Part shown: positions 1 through 37,201 of the stretch, piece by piece
Layout: each line of letters begins with the position of its first letter
How positions within the stretch are numbered: the first letter of the stretch is position 1
Assembly: GCA_965153355.1 (NCBI GenBank)
Contig: OZ231126.1
Coordinates: forward strand, 41,230,001 to 41,294,000
From: Flaccisagitta enflata
Lineage: Eukaryota
Reading direction: 5' to 3'
Length of the DNA: 64,000 bases
The notes under the pieces: generated by a model
Seen by the model: only the letters and a program-made list of their open reading frames with translations
Told to the model about the DNA's origin: nothing
The model's database searches: none
Position numbers and translations under genes: made by a program

Positions 1-6635
<6,635 letters not shown>

Positions 6636-6819
6636 AAGTGAAAGCGCTTATGAAGAAAAAGGATTCGGGTTGTTAAGAATGAACCACATGTGCACATAGT
6701 GTTTCATTTTCCTTCCGTTTTCAAGAACAACACATCACATACACATTACACACACACATACACATTACACACACACACACATACACACATTACTATATAG
6801 AGAGGGAAATGTCATCTCT

Positions 6820-7030
6820 AAATATCATGAGATATTACTGTTATTTGGTAACACCAGTAACCTACATACTTGTTATCTTAGCTGGTTCTGTTTTTTTCAA
6901 AAGATAAAAAAATAATTTCTTGGAGATCATTTTGTTTTTTGAAAAAATAGAATTCAGTAAGATTAACGCAAATTATGCAAGGTTTTACTTGGTGCTAAAA
7001 ATATTTCCTTGGTAGTATCTCATGGTATTT
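6820..7030. repeat. Degenerate ~210-bp hairpin (old MITE-like fold-back) at the symmetry axis of the palindrome
   Basis: AAATATCATGAGATATTAC (6820-6838) pairs with GTAGTATCTCATGGTATTT (7012-7030). Inner segments CACCAGTAACC...TTCTGTTTTTTTCAAAA and TTTTGAAAAAATAGAATTC...TTACTTGGTG also pair imperfectly. Confidence 0.75.
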
Positions 7031-7120
7031 GGTTGACTGCCTGTCTGTTTTTTCTATTCTGTCTGTTTTTGCTATTCAGTCTTTTTTTCCTCTCTGCCTT
7101 CCTCTTTGAGTGTGTGTGTA

Positions 7121-7198
<78 letters not shown>

Positions 7199-7271
7199 TG
7201 TGTGTGTGTGTTTGTGTGTGTGTGTCTCTCTCTCTCTCTCTCTTTTTTTTTTTTTCTTTTCTTTCTCTCTA

Positions 7272-7377
<106 letters not shown>

Positions 7378-8273
7378 AAGCAGATTAAAATGTGAAAGCT
7401 AGCGTCATAAAAGATAGTCAATTTACATAACATCCTGATTCTTCTTTACTGTTACCTAGTTTCGGAAATTAGGATCAATGAAAAATATCAACTTTCGCAA
7501 AAATGCGAAAATAAATAAAGATTAGAAAATTCAAAACTCCTAAACTATTGATCATGGAGACTTAAGGACAAGTTTATAGACATCGAGGCTGAAATTTTGC
7601 CAAAAATTAAGGATATTTTAAGGACAAAGCTCAGCCTCAGATTTGAAAAAAAAAAAAACTGATTCAAAATTTAGATTGTCTTTATGTAATTTCTTTAAGA
7701 AAATAACCATGTTTATAAGAAATAATAGCATTTATTATTGTTAAATGATATAATATTTTATTAAGAACAATTACAAAATAATTATTAACATATCTGACTT
7801 TAATTTATTTATACTGAACATCAGTTATTTCAATACATAAAATAAAATTCTAAGAAAATCACAAAAAAAATATTAAGGACACGTTAAGGACATTTCTAAG
7901 GACATCCTAGCCTCGGAAAAAATTTACTGGTCCTTATAAAAAATAAAGAGTGTAAAACAAATGATCTTAGAGACTTCTGGTTGGCGTCATTTGAACGAGA
8001 TCAGCCCTTTCTTAGCTGTGAATATAAAAAAAATGTATCATCCCAGTTGGGAAATGGAACAACTTTTTTAAGTGCTGTTAATCGAAAATGGAAAACTGAT
8101 TTCTCCCCTACGTTTTTTACAATAAACCTGCCGGCTTGCCTGGCAGCGAGTACATATGGTTCTTTCTGTCTCTTTGTCTGTCGCTGACTGTCTACCTGTC
8201 TGTTTGTTTGCATGTCTCTGCCTGTCTGTCTTTTCTCTCTCTCTCTCACTTTCTATTTCTCTTTCTTTCTATT

Positions 8274-8340
<67 letters not shown>

Positions 8341-8379
8341 TCTCACCCCTTCTATTCACTTTTTTTTCTCTTCTTTTCT

Positions 8380-8442
<63 letters not shown>

Positions 8443-8485
8443 TTTTTTATTATCTGTCTATCTATCTACCTTTTCCGTCCACCAG

Positions 8486-21906
<13,421 letters not shown>

Positions 21907-22072
21907 GATCGAGGAAAAAGAACGTTGCAAGGGAGGGAGAAGATGCCTTTTTTTGTTGGCTGATTAACTAATGCGTCTTCATACACGTCGTTTGTTTTTA
22001 CGCCTTGATCTTTTGTTTCTTCTACAGACTACCTAGAACCTCTGCGCCTTTCTTTCTTTCTGTCTCCCTCTT

Positions 22073-22113
<41 letters not shown>

Positions 22114-22693
22114 ATGTATCTGTGTTATGCATCATTTTTCCTCTGTTTATATTTCTCACCATTTTTATGTGTTCATGCTGTGTGCGGAAATTGTTAATTG
22201 TCTTAAGCATTTCGAGACAATCTTTATTGCAATGAAAATTTTGGATTGTAATACAGTTCAGAATTCACTCGTTCACGCATTAATTATAGTTTCAACAAGA
22301 AAAGGAAGAGTAAATAAGACTGAGATCTTGGAATTATTCATAATTTGGGATAGTGAGTATTCGAAATGAAGAACGCGAAGTCGCAAATACGATCGAGATC
22401 GATCATGTTAAAGTGGCAAACACGAGAGAATTTAACAATGAAAATTCAAGGAAAGGACAACTAATAAAAAGTAATATCTTTTTTTGGTCGAAGTCACTAA
22501 GATGGCATTGGAATGAGTAAGGGGTGGACAAAGGGACTGACTAATGGGTGGATGGACAAGAAAACTATAGATGATGTCAAGTGGCAGAACAAGGCAAGCA
22601 TGGGAATGGCATTTTCGTCTATTGAATGAGTTGTAGCGCGTCGCTATCGTTATAGATACGGACGAAGGCGATCACCAGGCGGAAATACATCGG

Positions 22694-22902
<209 letters not shown>

Positions 22903-24122
22903 TAGAGAGTGGGGATCAATGGTAGTTAAACGAGCAGGACAGAAACAAGTACATACAGACAAAGAGGCATGGTAGGGGTGCAGATAAGAAATAACATGGC
23001 TAAGAGATGTCCAATTTATGCGTCTTATTTCGATATAAGAGATAAACAAGTTTTGAGAAAACAAGGCCGGATACACGGCCACCAGTTGCGGACGGGTGGG
23101 CAGTGGCGGATATGCGCGTTTTCCCACTTTTCGACTCGCGCTGGTAGGGGTGCAGATAAGAAATAACATGGCTGAGAGATGTCCAATTTATGCGTCTTAT
23201 TTTGATATAAGATAAGAGATAAACAAATTTTGAGAAAAAACACAAATCGCGCCAAGAAATTTTCCTACCTTCCTAACAAAAGACACACCCTTTTATAGTG
23301 ATGCGGGAAAGCATCTAAAAAGAGAGAGCCATGAAAGTGTGCGAGAATCAAACAAGCAGACAATCAGTCGTGTGCGAGAAACAAACAAGCACACAGTCAG
23401 TCGGACAGACGGACAGATAGGCAGTGGAAGAAAGAGAGAGCAAGCGTGATTAAATTTGATGTTTTCTCAGCGCCGAGTTACCATTTTAAATCTTTGGAAG
23501 GAATAATACGTTAAAACCAACATCACGTTTATACAACAATTTCAATATGGAAAAAGATAAACAGAGTAAATCACCACATCAAAAATATGCTTTGTTTTGT
23601 GAAGTAATTCAGTGGCCAAAAAAGACAGGAGGCAAGAAGAAAGGCCGGCTTTGTTTATATTTACAGCAAGAAAAGCAGTAACTTTGTATAAATATAGCAT
23701 CTCTGAATACATCATATAAATAAACATTTAGCATTATCGGGTCGTAGAAAGATGTTCATGGATACATGAAAAACAAGTTCATACCTAGGTTGATGATCAT
23801 AGCTAGGTTGTCTTCTGTTAACAAAGTTACAAGACATCCACACCATCTTTTTTGCGATGCAAGTTTATTGCATAATCCGAATACAGATCTTTAATCTTTC
23901 CTAAAAGCCCCTTCCAAAGGCGTTTATTGGCACGTCTTAAGTTCAGTAATTCCGTTAGTAAGCTTGCTTCTATGATGTGCAGTAATTTCCAATACGGTAA
24001 TTGCATCGAAATGAACCAAGTCTTAAGTGAATATCAATGAAGGGTCATCGAAGTCATCATGCTTTTGAGCCTCCATCCTGAAAATGGCTTTTGTGAGTTG
24101 AGTCTCTCACAAGCATTCTTTT

Positions 24123-26500
<2,378 letters not shown>

Positions 26501-26505
26501 CTGTT

Positions 26506-26603
<98 letters not shown>

Positions 26604-26627
26604 GTCAAAGTTAAGGCCGGATATATT

Positions 26628-27366
26628 CAGGCCTTTTTTTAGAAAGGAATGTTGAGCCCGTGGCTCTATTTTGCTGTCGGGCTCTCTGGTTTTGCTGGCT
26701 CTGAGCCCGGCTGGCTCTCTCAAAATTGAAACCATGGATTGGAAGATTCATAATCATAATTAGAAAACCCAATTAACAAGTTGAGAGAGACTTGAACCTC
26801 TACCATATTGACCTCGTCAAATGAGAATTGATTAACAAGTAAAGCACCTCATTTTTTTTTCATGTAAATGCATCCAATATTGATGGTACAAAAGCTGTGA
26901 TGATTTTTTGCTTTCTTTAAATCCAATTTATTTCTGTTATAAGAGAGATGTAAAATTACCATTGAACGATGATAGTGTCATGACTCATGAGGCTTAAAGA
27001 TTTTTAAAAAATGGAGCAAAATGTTTACTTTTTCAAATCGTTAACACGCTACTCTATAACCTATGGCAGCCTGTCCATCTGTTGGTCTGTCCATCTGTTG
27101 GTCTGTCCATTCATTAGTCCATCTGTTGCTCTATTAGTCGGCTTCACATTTTTTTTCATTTACAAGTGATTTTGATGTCACTTCTCCTACTCAAATGTTT
27201 TCTAGCAAATTTCCTCAGTGCCCCTGCCCGCCCCAACACAATATAGGTAGCCTTCCATCCAGCTTTGTTTTTTTGCCGGGCTCGCTGTTTTGCCGTCGGG
27301 CTCAGTAGAATTGTGGGAAGAGAGCCCGGTTGGCTCTGCCAAAAAAAATCACTAAAAAAAGGCCTG
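26628..27366. mobile_element. hAT-like MITE
   Basis: 15-bp TIRs CAGGCCTTTTTTTAG / CTAAAAAAAGGCCTG; perfect 8-bp TSD GATATATT (26620-26627, 27367-27374); subterminal GAGCCCG/CGGGCTC motifs. Confidence 0.88.
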
Positions 27367-28301
27367 GATATATTCAGGAGAGATAATTACACGATAATTG
27401 ATGGCCATCTTCATTTTTTTTTCATGAAGCCCAATGTCAATCCCCAGCAAGGCTGTGGACATGAAGCCGTGGTCATGCAGCCCAATATCAATCCAAGGCC
27501 GACTAATCATCTTAGCGTGTCATCGCGTGTCATCATGTTAGTATCCCGCGTAAAGATGGAACAAGGCCTAACTCGATATTTTTTTAGCACAAGAGGGTGT
27601 ATAGAAGATATTTGCAAAGTTTCAACTTATTAGGACAATATCTAGCAAATGAACTTTTAATTTGAAAAATATCACTTTTTGCCATTTTGACGTAGTTTCC
27701 AGCGGCTGGTTTCAAGTCAATCTTTGCTAAATCGAACCTCAACGAGAGCATGCACACGCCAATTCGGCGTTTTTTGCTCGCCAGTAAGGAGTATTTTTTT
27801 GCCATGGACACGCAATTATATAAGAGGCTTTGTCCATCCGTCCGTCCATCCGACCAACCGTCCGTCTATCTGTCCATCCATCCGTCTATCTGTCCATCCG
27901 TCCATCCGTCCGTCCGTCCATAACGCACAAGTCAAAAAGTGGGAAGACAAACGTTTTAAAAAATTTTTTTGATATGTGTGTCGGTAAAGGGGCATAGGGT
28001 GTAGATGGGGGTTGGATGCCCCTGCCCACCCGTCTGCAACGATATTGTGACCCCGCGTCCCTTGTTCTTTTGTTTTTGATTATCGTTAAGCAACAAGGAC
28101 ACCACTAAAATAAGCAACATTTAGTGCTCCAATGAAAGCAAGATAAGATTCTCGGCAAATAAGCTTTATACTTTTCAAATAACTTTTCAATCATGGTAGA
28201 TTTTCATTTAACTTTAGCATTTAACTTTAGCATTTAACTTTAGCTCATCTGAGACATATCCTGTCAACGGAATAAATAGTAAAATTAGTATCTAAGTATC
28301 A

Positions 28302-28873
28302 AACAGGTCGCCCAAGGGCAATATGTGGTCAGCGATACCCATTGCCCTGCTTAAAGTGATTGTGAATTGGAGTGAGGGGAAGCAGGGCAGCGGCCTCAAA
28401 GGGGACGAAGTCCTGTAGAACACAGGGGGACTTCGTTCCTTCCTGCTTGAAGTGGATGAGATGCTATGGAGGGCTGACTGAAGGCCTTCAAGTGCCTAAA
28501 CTGAGGTCTAAGAAGGATGATGTAAGGCCTGAAAATGCAAATTGGAAGCTTGAGAGGGCTGCTTGGAGGCTTAAGAGAGCTGGAAAGGCCAGAGGACTGA
28601 TCTGAAGCCTGAAAATTGAGGCTTAGATGGCTGATTAGAGGCCTGAGACCCAGGAGACCCAGGTTTGAGGCCTGAGAGGTTGGATTTGGAGCCTGAGAGG
28701 CCAGATTTGAGGCCTAAGAGGCTGGATTTGACAGGCCAGATTTGGCTGGATTTGACAGGCCAGATTTGAGGCCTGAGAGGCCTGATGAGGGGGGGACGAA
28801 GATACAAACGAACGAACGAAAGTCCCCCTGTGTACTACAGGACTTTGTCCCCTTCGGGGCCGCTGTCCACAAA
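28302..28873 (-). mobile_element. DINE-1/HINE-like family B element
   Basis: Colinear with 18209-18922 (AACAGGTCGCCCAAGGGCAATATG..., same IR and central tandem repeats). Confidence 0.75.
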
Positions 28874-29518
28874 GTCACTACAATTCACTAATACACGAGA
28901 AAGTTCATTGAATCATGAGAAAATGGCTGATAAATTGAATGAATTTCATGAAATTATGAAAGAGGGAAACCGCCAGCGAAAAGATGTTTTTTTTTTTTTT
29001 TTTGAAAATTGAAAAGACAGAAACTTTTACTGTAGGTGTTGCTGCAAATGCAATGAGAAAACACATAATGGATGAATTCCTCCTTATGTCTGTGCTACAG
29101 AGCCTCATATACTAGAGTTTCAAATCGCAGAAAATGTTTTGAATCACTTAAAAACTCATCTCATTCATCATTCATGTTACTCGTCGATTCATTCATTATC
29201 ATATTAAGCTCTTGTCATATTTAAAGATGCCAGTTTGTCAGTCTGTCTGTCAGTTCGATACTCTAGAGGGAAAAATCGCAGAAAATGTTTAAAATCTCAA
29301 AAAAACTCATCTTGTTCATCATCCATGTTAATAGTCAGTTCAGCCATTAACACATTTATATATGGTTAGGTCAAAAGAGTTTGGAATAGGTCAGAATTAC
29401 TAACCCCAGGCTTACCGTCTTGGCCCGTGTATCCGGCCTTGTTTATTTGTAAAAACGATGTTTTTCCGTGAGACTCGCTATGGAATTTTGACATTTACGG
29501 GGTTTCATGTGGCAAAGA

Positions 29519-29620
<102 letters not shown>

Positions 29621-31623
29621 CAGAGACAGAGAGATGACTTTGACTAAGAAATGAACAAACCTCAATAGCTCAGATCCAGTTGTACCACAGTTCCACGCAT
29701 TTTCCTGCCACAGACATGTGTATCTTTGTAAACGGGCCAAATAGCTGATGCCTGATAGAATAGGTGGCATCACTCTTGTTCGATTGTGTAGTGGTGGTGG
29801 TGAGGCCTAAGGAACTTTTGATATGTGAATCTTCACCCACATTGATTTTTTTCTTCGTTAATTCTCGGGAGGGGGGGAAGATGCTGTATTTCTCATACGC
29901 TCATGCCCATTCATTGCAACAAAGCCCTAATTCTAATAAAGGCGAGTTTTCAAAAAAACTTTACGCTGTACTAATTAATGAATAGCAAACTGGGGAACGT
30001 TAAATGATCCAGTTGAATTAATATTTTTTTTTCAAAACAAAACCATCATTTCTGAAGCCTTCAAGACATATGAATATATGGATAACAATTTACTCTTTTC
30101 TATAACCTTAAGAGTGACGTTCATCCTGCATAATAGTTTCAAATTGACCTCTCGCAATAATGAGTTCCCATGAATCAGGACTGTTTAGTGTTTAAGGACA
30201 ATTATAAGACAATTCTTGGACAACTGGGTAGTCGTCCAAAAATCCAGCAACCTATTGAATCACATGCATTCGAATTAAGACTTAGAACTTACGCAATATT
30301 GAGTCCGTGAGAAGGAGTTTTGCGTAAAGGAGTTTTGCGTAAGGGATATGTCAGGACAGTTCTTGGACAATTTCAGGACAGTTCATGGACAATTTTAGGA
30401 CAACTCTTGGACAACTAAAACAATTGTCCAACAATTCCAGATTACCTCAAGTACAACTGGGTTAACTTAGACAGTTGAATGACCAAATGATGAATCTTAT
30501 GCAATATTGAGTCACCTAGCACATGGAGAGCTTAAGGACAAGGTCAGGACAATTTAAGGACAATACCAGGACAACGCGAAGACAACTGAGAAAACCATTG
30601 GACAGCAACTTCTACTCTAGTTTTAATGGCTCTTTTTGTTTACATTGCCCATTCTTTTTTTTTAGATCGGTTACTAGTGTTGCTTTTAAGGTCCGCTTAA
30701 TAAGCTCATTTGCATATTGTGGTTTTCCCTAATTTTGACTTTTTGGCATGTGAAAAATGTAATTTTCAACCATCTCGTCCGTTATGTCTTGGTATGATAA
30801 TCCTTCTTCCCCTAATTGCAACAATTATTGTCATGGATGCCCTTAAAACGAAGGAATGACATCATAGATTTTTATCATAAATCCAATGATCGCGCAAAAT
30901 GGCGCAAAAATTCGAGCAAAAATCAGCATTTGACCTGTCAACTTTAACTAAATAGTTCATTTGCTATTCGGTAGAAATATTATTTTTTCTTTCTTCTAAC
31001 ATCATCAGAAAAGGTCAAAGGCTTCATAGCATATCGAGTTGGCATTGTAACTTTCACGTTATTGCTGTAACGCGGGATACTAATCATGTGCGTATGAAAT
31101 TATGAATAACCCAGGAACTGCAGGACGCCCCAGAAACCCTTTCCAAATTTGTCAAGATTAAAGCTAGAACCATGTAAAACCGGTATTCATGGCCCTTCAA
31201 TGCCTACATACACCACCACACACGACCAGTATCTGTGTCTCTCCCTCCCTCATTGCCAAACCGATATTCTTTAGATGTTCGGCTTTCTACCGCTTACTCT
31301 CTCGCAGTTCTCCGATTTGAACCAATAGAAACGCCGGTTTCCGATTTAAAGAACATTGATTGGTTTCTTGGAGATATATCTTCCCCAACCTTTGACCACC
31401 TCCATTCGCATAAATTCCACCGCCCATCTCGTATCTCGACAATTTATTAACTGGCGTGGTGCGAAATGAATCAAGGGTGTACTGGCTTTGTTTAAATTGA
31501 GCAGTCGTCAGCGACTTTGAGATTGCAGTATTTAGTTAGTGTCTAATTTAATCGCGTCTTTTACTCCGTCTGTCGATTTCGTTTGTTGCGATCACACCGT
31601 TCGCGGTTTGTTCGCTTGGGCAA

Positions 31624-32052
31624 TACACGCTTTTCTTTTTATAAGAACACTGTTTATAAGAACATCAGCCTCAGATTTGGCCATAAAATAAGAACATCTT
31701 AAGAACATGCTGAGCCCTAGATTTGAAGATATAAGAAATAATAATTTTTTTAAAAACTGGTAAAATTAGATGAAAAACCTTTAATGATTGATATTTTGAT
31801 AATGATTTTTGAAATGATAATTTAATATTCATCAAATATCAAACTTACATTTCTATTTATATGATAAAAATGTTTTTTTTTAACAATTGCCTAAATCATA
31901 TTATTATAGTGATATAAACATATCATTTCTAAGAAATTATCTTATTTAAAAATAAGAACATGAAGATTGTTTGAGCCTCAAAATCGGGCTAAAAATAAGA
32001 ACGCTGAGGCTCACTTCAAAAATCAATGTTCTTATAAAATGAAAAGCGTGTA
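31624..32052. mobile_element. Tc1/mariner-type MITE
   Basis: 24-bp TIR CACGCTTTTC(T/A)TTTTATAAGAACA with one mismatch, flanked by TA on both sides; internal TAAGAAC repeats. A more decayed relative lies at ~5881-6296 and in the mirrored arm. Confidence 0.85.
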
Positions 32053-32150
32053 TTAAGAATAAGACAAATGTCTTATCCCTCATAAGCATAAATATATATT
32101 GTTCCAGGCTTCGCTATTTTTCCCGACGTGCTCTTCCGATAAGCCGCGTG

Positions 32151-32274
32151 ATGGCGTATTCACTCGCGATCGTCTTAACATTGGCGACCTTCGCCTATTT
32201 GGGCTCTTCGCTCACGCTGATTGACGGTTGGGAAGGCAAGGTTTGCGAAGCTTACTTCAAAGCCAGTGGATTGG
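32151..32274 (+). CDS. Candidate first coding exon of a secreted or membrane protein (signal peptide)
   Basis: Exon 32108-32274 bounded by ttgttccag| and TTGG|gtgagt. ATG at 32151 gives MAYSLAIVLTLATFAYLGSSLTLIDGWEGKVCEAYFKASGL. Downstream exons were not identified. Confidence 0.5.
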
Positions 32275-33055
32275 GTGAGTTTTGATTACAGACTGGACCC
32301 TAATAAGAGTTTTAGCATCAACCCTAGAGCTTAAATGGCTCAAGCAAATTTTTCATTTGCTGTGGCGGATCACACCCTGGATGGATAAAAGTGGCGCCAC
32401 CGTGGCGATTTTTAAATCTCCACCTAAAACACCTTTAAATTGTCAAATTTGATGAAAAATTGAAAAATTGTTGAATTTTATATTGGGGCTCAGAGGGTGA
32501 TTTTACGTAATCTAAGGGTGTTCTAGATAAATTCGAAAATCGCTATGGTGGCGCAACTTATATCCTCCTACAGTATGAAAGTTGAAACAACATTGCCCCT
32601 ATAAAAGGAGGCCAGAATTCTCCAATTAACAAAGGATGAAAGCCTTGCAAGCTTTCAACAGTGTTTACTCTGGATTGCTCACAACTATCCTTAACTCTTG
32701 ACAAACAAATAGCTCACCAGCAAAGAAGGAAAACTTGAGCCACGGTTGCAGGGGGTGATGCTAAAGCTTTGGGTCCCTCCTCCGCTCTTATTAGGGTCCC
32801 GTCTGTAGCTTTTATGGTTTTTTTCTTTAATTTGCTTACTGCATCCCTTGAATGGTTCTTTAATCTTATTTCCTTTACTTCTGCCTCCTTAGATAAATCC
32901 ATGTATCCTGCTGGGCAATGTTGGAGTGACAAAGTTTGCGTCGACGGTAGCCGTGTATCCGGCCTTGTTGTAAAAGGCAGTCCCACGGTTCATTGACAGT
33001 TTGCTCCAATCATTCGTCATAATTGCAAAAAAGTCTTATCAAATTTGTTCACAGG

Positions 33056-33197
<142 letters not shown>

Positions 33198-33381
33198 CAA
33201 GCCCAGTCACATGATCGGATTAAGTATACACAAACCCGACATGCAAATCACCGTCACACGCACTCTCGTCACGTACATGCGTAATCGTTACGTGCACGCT
33301 AAATCGTTACGTCAGCACGTGTCTCTGACAATGGCAAAAGACAAATCGATAAATAGTAAATCGATCAGTGTGCTATACATT

Positions 33382-33551
<170 letters not shown>

Positions 33552-33593
33552 AACAAACAAACAAACAAACAAACAAACAAACAAACAAACAAA

Positions 33594-33658
<65 letters not shown>

Positions 33659-33779
33659 GAAAGCCGAGCGTAATCACCATATAATTTTATGGTGTGAATT
33701 TGCACCCAAGGAAATTCGTAGACGTAAAAGGCACTCGCCAAAAATGCTGCCGTGGGAGTCCCTCGTCAAGGTTAGTTGT

Positions 33780-34200
33780 GGGGGTCATTTATCGATGTCA
33801 GTGTAGTCAGTGGTAGACTGTCCGGCGTTAGTATCAGTTGTGGACATCAAGTTTAGGCGTCAGTTGTGGCTAGGAGTCATGGGTAGCGGCTGTGGTATCT
33901 CCGTTGTTAGTGACTTAGTGTTAGTTAGTCAGTGACGGATGTCAGTCTTAGTTTCAGGTGTCAGTTGCAGGCAGGTATCAGTTGTGGGTGTCAGTGGCGG
34001 CTGTCAATCTAAGGTGTCAATTACAGGCCGGTGTCTGTTGTGGGTGTAAGTTGCTGGCAGACGTCTGTTGTGGGTGTCAGTGGCGGTTGTCAGTTTTAGG
34101 TATCAGTTGCCGACAGGTGTCAGTTGTGGGTGGCCGTGGCTTTTGTCAGTTTTAGGTGTCAGTTGTGGGCGTAAATGGAGAATTCCAATGAAATGTGGGC
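33780..34200. repeat. Degenerate minisatellite built on GTGTCAGTTGTGGG-like units
   Basis: Recurrent (G/A)TCAGTTG(T/C) and GGTGTC motifs at short spacing. Confidence 0.65.
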
Positions 34201-34289
34201 GTCACCGCCGAAGTCAACGCGCCGAAGTCACCCGAGTCACTCGCTTTGCATTCATGGAGACCCCGAGTGCATTGCGAGGGTGATGCAAG

Positions 34290-34367
<78 letters not shown>

Positions 34368-34923
34368 GAGAGAGAGAGAGGAAATGGACACGTGGCGCAT
34401 GGCTAAGGGAATGGCGGTTGAATGAGCATTTGAATTTCTTCGGAGCTTTGATTAGATTAGATTCGACTTTTTTCCTTCCTCAGCTGCCTCAAGCTTGCTA
34501 GCTAGCAAGTCAAGTCCGACCAAAAAATAAAGGTAACATGCAAAAGATGCAAACATGGGAGAAAATTTATCTGGCAAGTCAGCAATTTTGCAAAAAAGCC
34601 AACAGACTCCGAAAGTTTCACTCAAAAACAACTTCGCTCACAAAACTGCTGTTTTGAATCAAAGTATTTCAAAAGATTATCTTCAGGCTTCAGCCAGTTT
34701 TCACTTTTCATTGATATTCATTTGGCTGTATGATGCAGCACATTAAGAATCTGTTACACTTTGACATTTCCTCAGTCGCTGTAATAAACTAACAAAAGAA
34801 ATGTTTTGACGGATGATTGCGTTTTTGACAGGTGCGTAGCTACTGGCCTCAGGGCTTATTTAGCCTAAGAGCAACGACAGAAAGAAAGAAAAAGAAGAAA
34901 GAAAGAAGGAAGAAAAAGAAGAC

Positions 34924-34986
<63 letters not shown>

Positions 34987-34990
34987 AAAA

Positions 34991-35058
<68 letters not shown>

Positions 35059-35088
35059 AGAAAGAAAGAAAGAAAAAAAACAAAAGAA

Positions 35089-35171
<83 letters not shown>

Positions 35172-35308
35172 ATAAAAGAAAGAAAGAAAGAAAGAAGGCT
35201 GGAAAGGAGACGTCGGTGAGCAAGAGTGATGGAGGCCAGCGCGTTGAAATGGTTCCTTGGAGAATCGAGATTAATTCTGTTAATCGCTGATTGAGGCTCT
35301 GTTTATGT

Positions 35309-35908
35309 CCTTACCCTTTAACGCCACATAAGTAGCCTTGCCTTTTAACGCCACATTAGTAGCCTTACCCGTTAAGGCCGCATTATTAGCCTCGCCTTTT
35401 AACACCACCTTAGAGGCCCTGCCCAGTAGGCTGGTTACCTGTAGGGTGAATTTGGCTCAAAATTTAAAATTCCTCCGCCATCTGACCATACATTCTAAGC
35501 GGCATTTGGGCAGTACAACAGACAAGCAGAGGTCGGTATTTGATCAAGAAACCCGCACGGCAACACAATGGTAAAGTATATGAAAGCAATTTTACGCCCA
35601 TTGTAACGCTATAGTGTTGCCGTGCGGGTTTTCTTTCCTCATACCGATCTCCGCTTGCCTCAATTCCCTTTTAAATATGACGTAGAGTGTATGGTTAGTT
35701 GGCTGAGGCGTTTTGAAATTTGACCACATTTGACCCTCCAGGTAGCCGCCCTACTGCCCAGTACCCATTTAACGCCACATCAGTAGCCTTACCCTTTGAA
35801 AACGCTTTAGTTACCTTACCCCTTAACAGCACATTAGAAGCCTTACACCTTAAGCCTTAACGCAACATTCATAACCGTACCCGTTTACGCCACTCAAGTA
35901 GCCTTACC
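35309..35908. repeat. ~27-bp minisatellite (CCTTACCCTTTAACGCCACATTAGTAG) interrupted by a ~330-bp fold-back MITE at 35424-35756
   Basis: Units are present on both sides. The insert has inverted ends CAGTAGG.../...CCTACTG and an inner stem AAACCCGCACGGCAACAC / GTGTTGCCGTGCGGGTTT. Confidence 0.78.
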
Positions 35909-35953
35909 TTGCGTTTTTTTCTGTGCGTGTGGATGCCTACGTGCGTGAGTGTA

Positions 35954-36141
<188 letters not shown>

Positions 36142-36554
36142 CTCGTAAATTTATCGCTCATTCTCCAGGTTCCAATTTTGTTGTCTTCCATTTACATTCG
36201 CCTTTTTGAGATTCTTCCCTCTTATGTGCGTCTTGTTTTATTGCTGTCTTTCACTTTTTTTCGACCTTTCTATCCCACTTGCCTCTTTTTTATTCTTTTT
36301 CGTCTATCTCTCTTCCTTTCTGGCTTCTATTTTATTCGTCGATCTGTCTTGTTTTTATCGTCGTTCACTAATTTCCGAGTGGCGGCGGTTTCGCGAAAAT
36401 CGCGCGGGCGGCTTTTGTCTTTTTCTGTCGGCATTTGTCGGCTAATGTCGGCTAATGTCGGCTTCTCGATTTCTCGCCGGTTTTAGGCGGCTTCAACCGA
36501 CAAGCCGTTGCCTAATTTCTAATTAGAAGGAGAACTTATGTGTTCGACAGAGAG

Positions 36555-36633
<79 letters not shown>

Positions 36634-36979
36634 GAGAAAATAGGAAGAGAGAATGAAAGAGAAAAATTAAGGAATACGGCTGGGCAGGAGCATTGGTGCT
36701 AAGAAATCATTTAGTTGATTTCGCTTTATCTCAAATTTCGTGTTACCCATGTACACAGCCTCTTTTATAGTCGCTTAGCCAGTGACTAAAAACAGAAAAG
36801 AAAAGGAAAAACAAGGGGAAAAAAAGAAAAAAAGAAAAGAAAGATGGAATGTGGAGTGAGTGGGGCGTGGGCCAGGGAAGGTTTGTAGCAGATTAGATCC
36901 TAATTGAGTCAAGGCAGTTCAGTTAGATGCCGTCCTCCTCTTCCTCGTCGTCGTCTGCGTTGTTGTTGTTGTTGTTGTT

Positions 36980-37069
<90 letters not shown>

Positions 37070-37087
37070 GCTGTGGTTGTTGAAGTT

Positions 37088-37201
<114 letters not shown>

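Noticed and set aside
7022-7030. ATG|gtattt as the SLC3 first exon
   Set aside because: It lies within the central hairpin arm and the mirrored position lacks the GT donor; unsupported without cDNA.
29652-29751. Possible - strand exon (ISYLARLQRYTCLWQENAWNCG...) as an ENT exon
   Set aside because: Splice-like ends, but no resemblance to the expected ENT TM7-TM8 sequence.
32718-32907. Possible - strand exon (YMDLSKEAEV...TVAQVFLLCW)
   Set aside because: Open frame with plausible splice sites and faint ENT-loop flavour, but no linking exon or recognisable homology.
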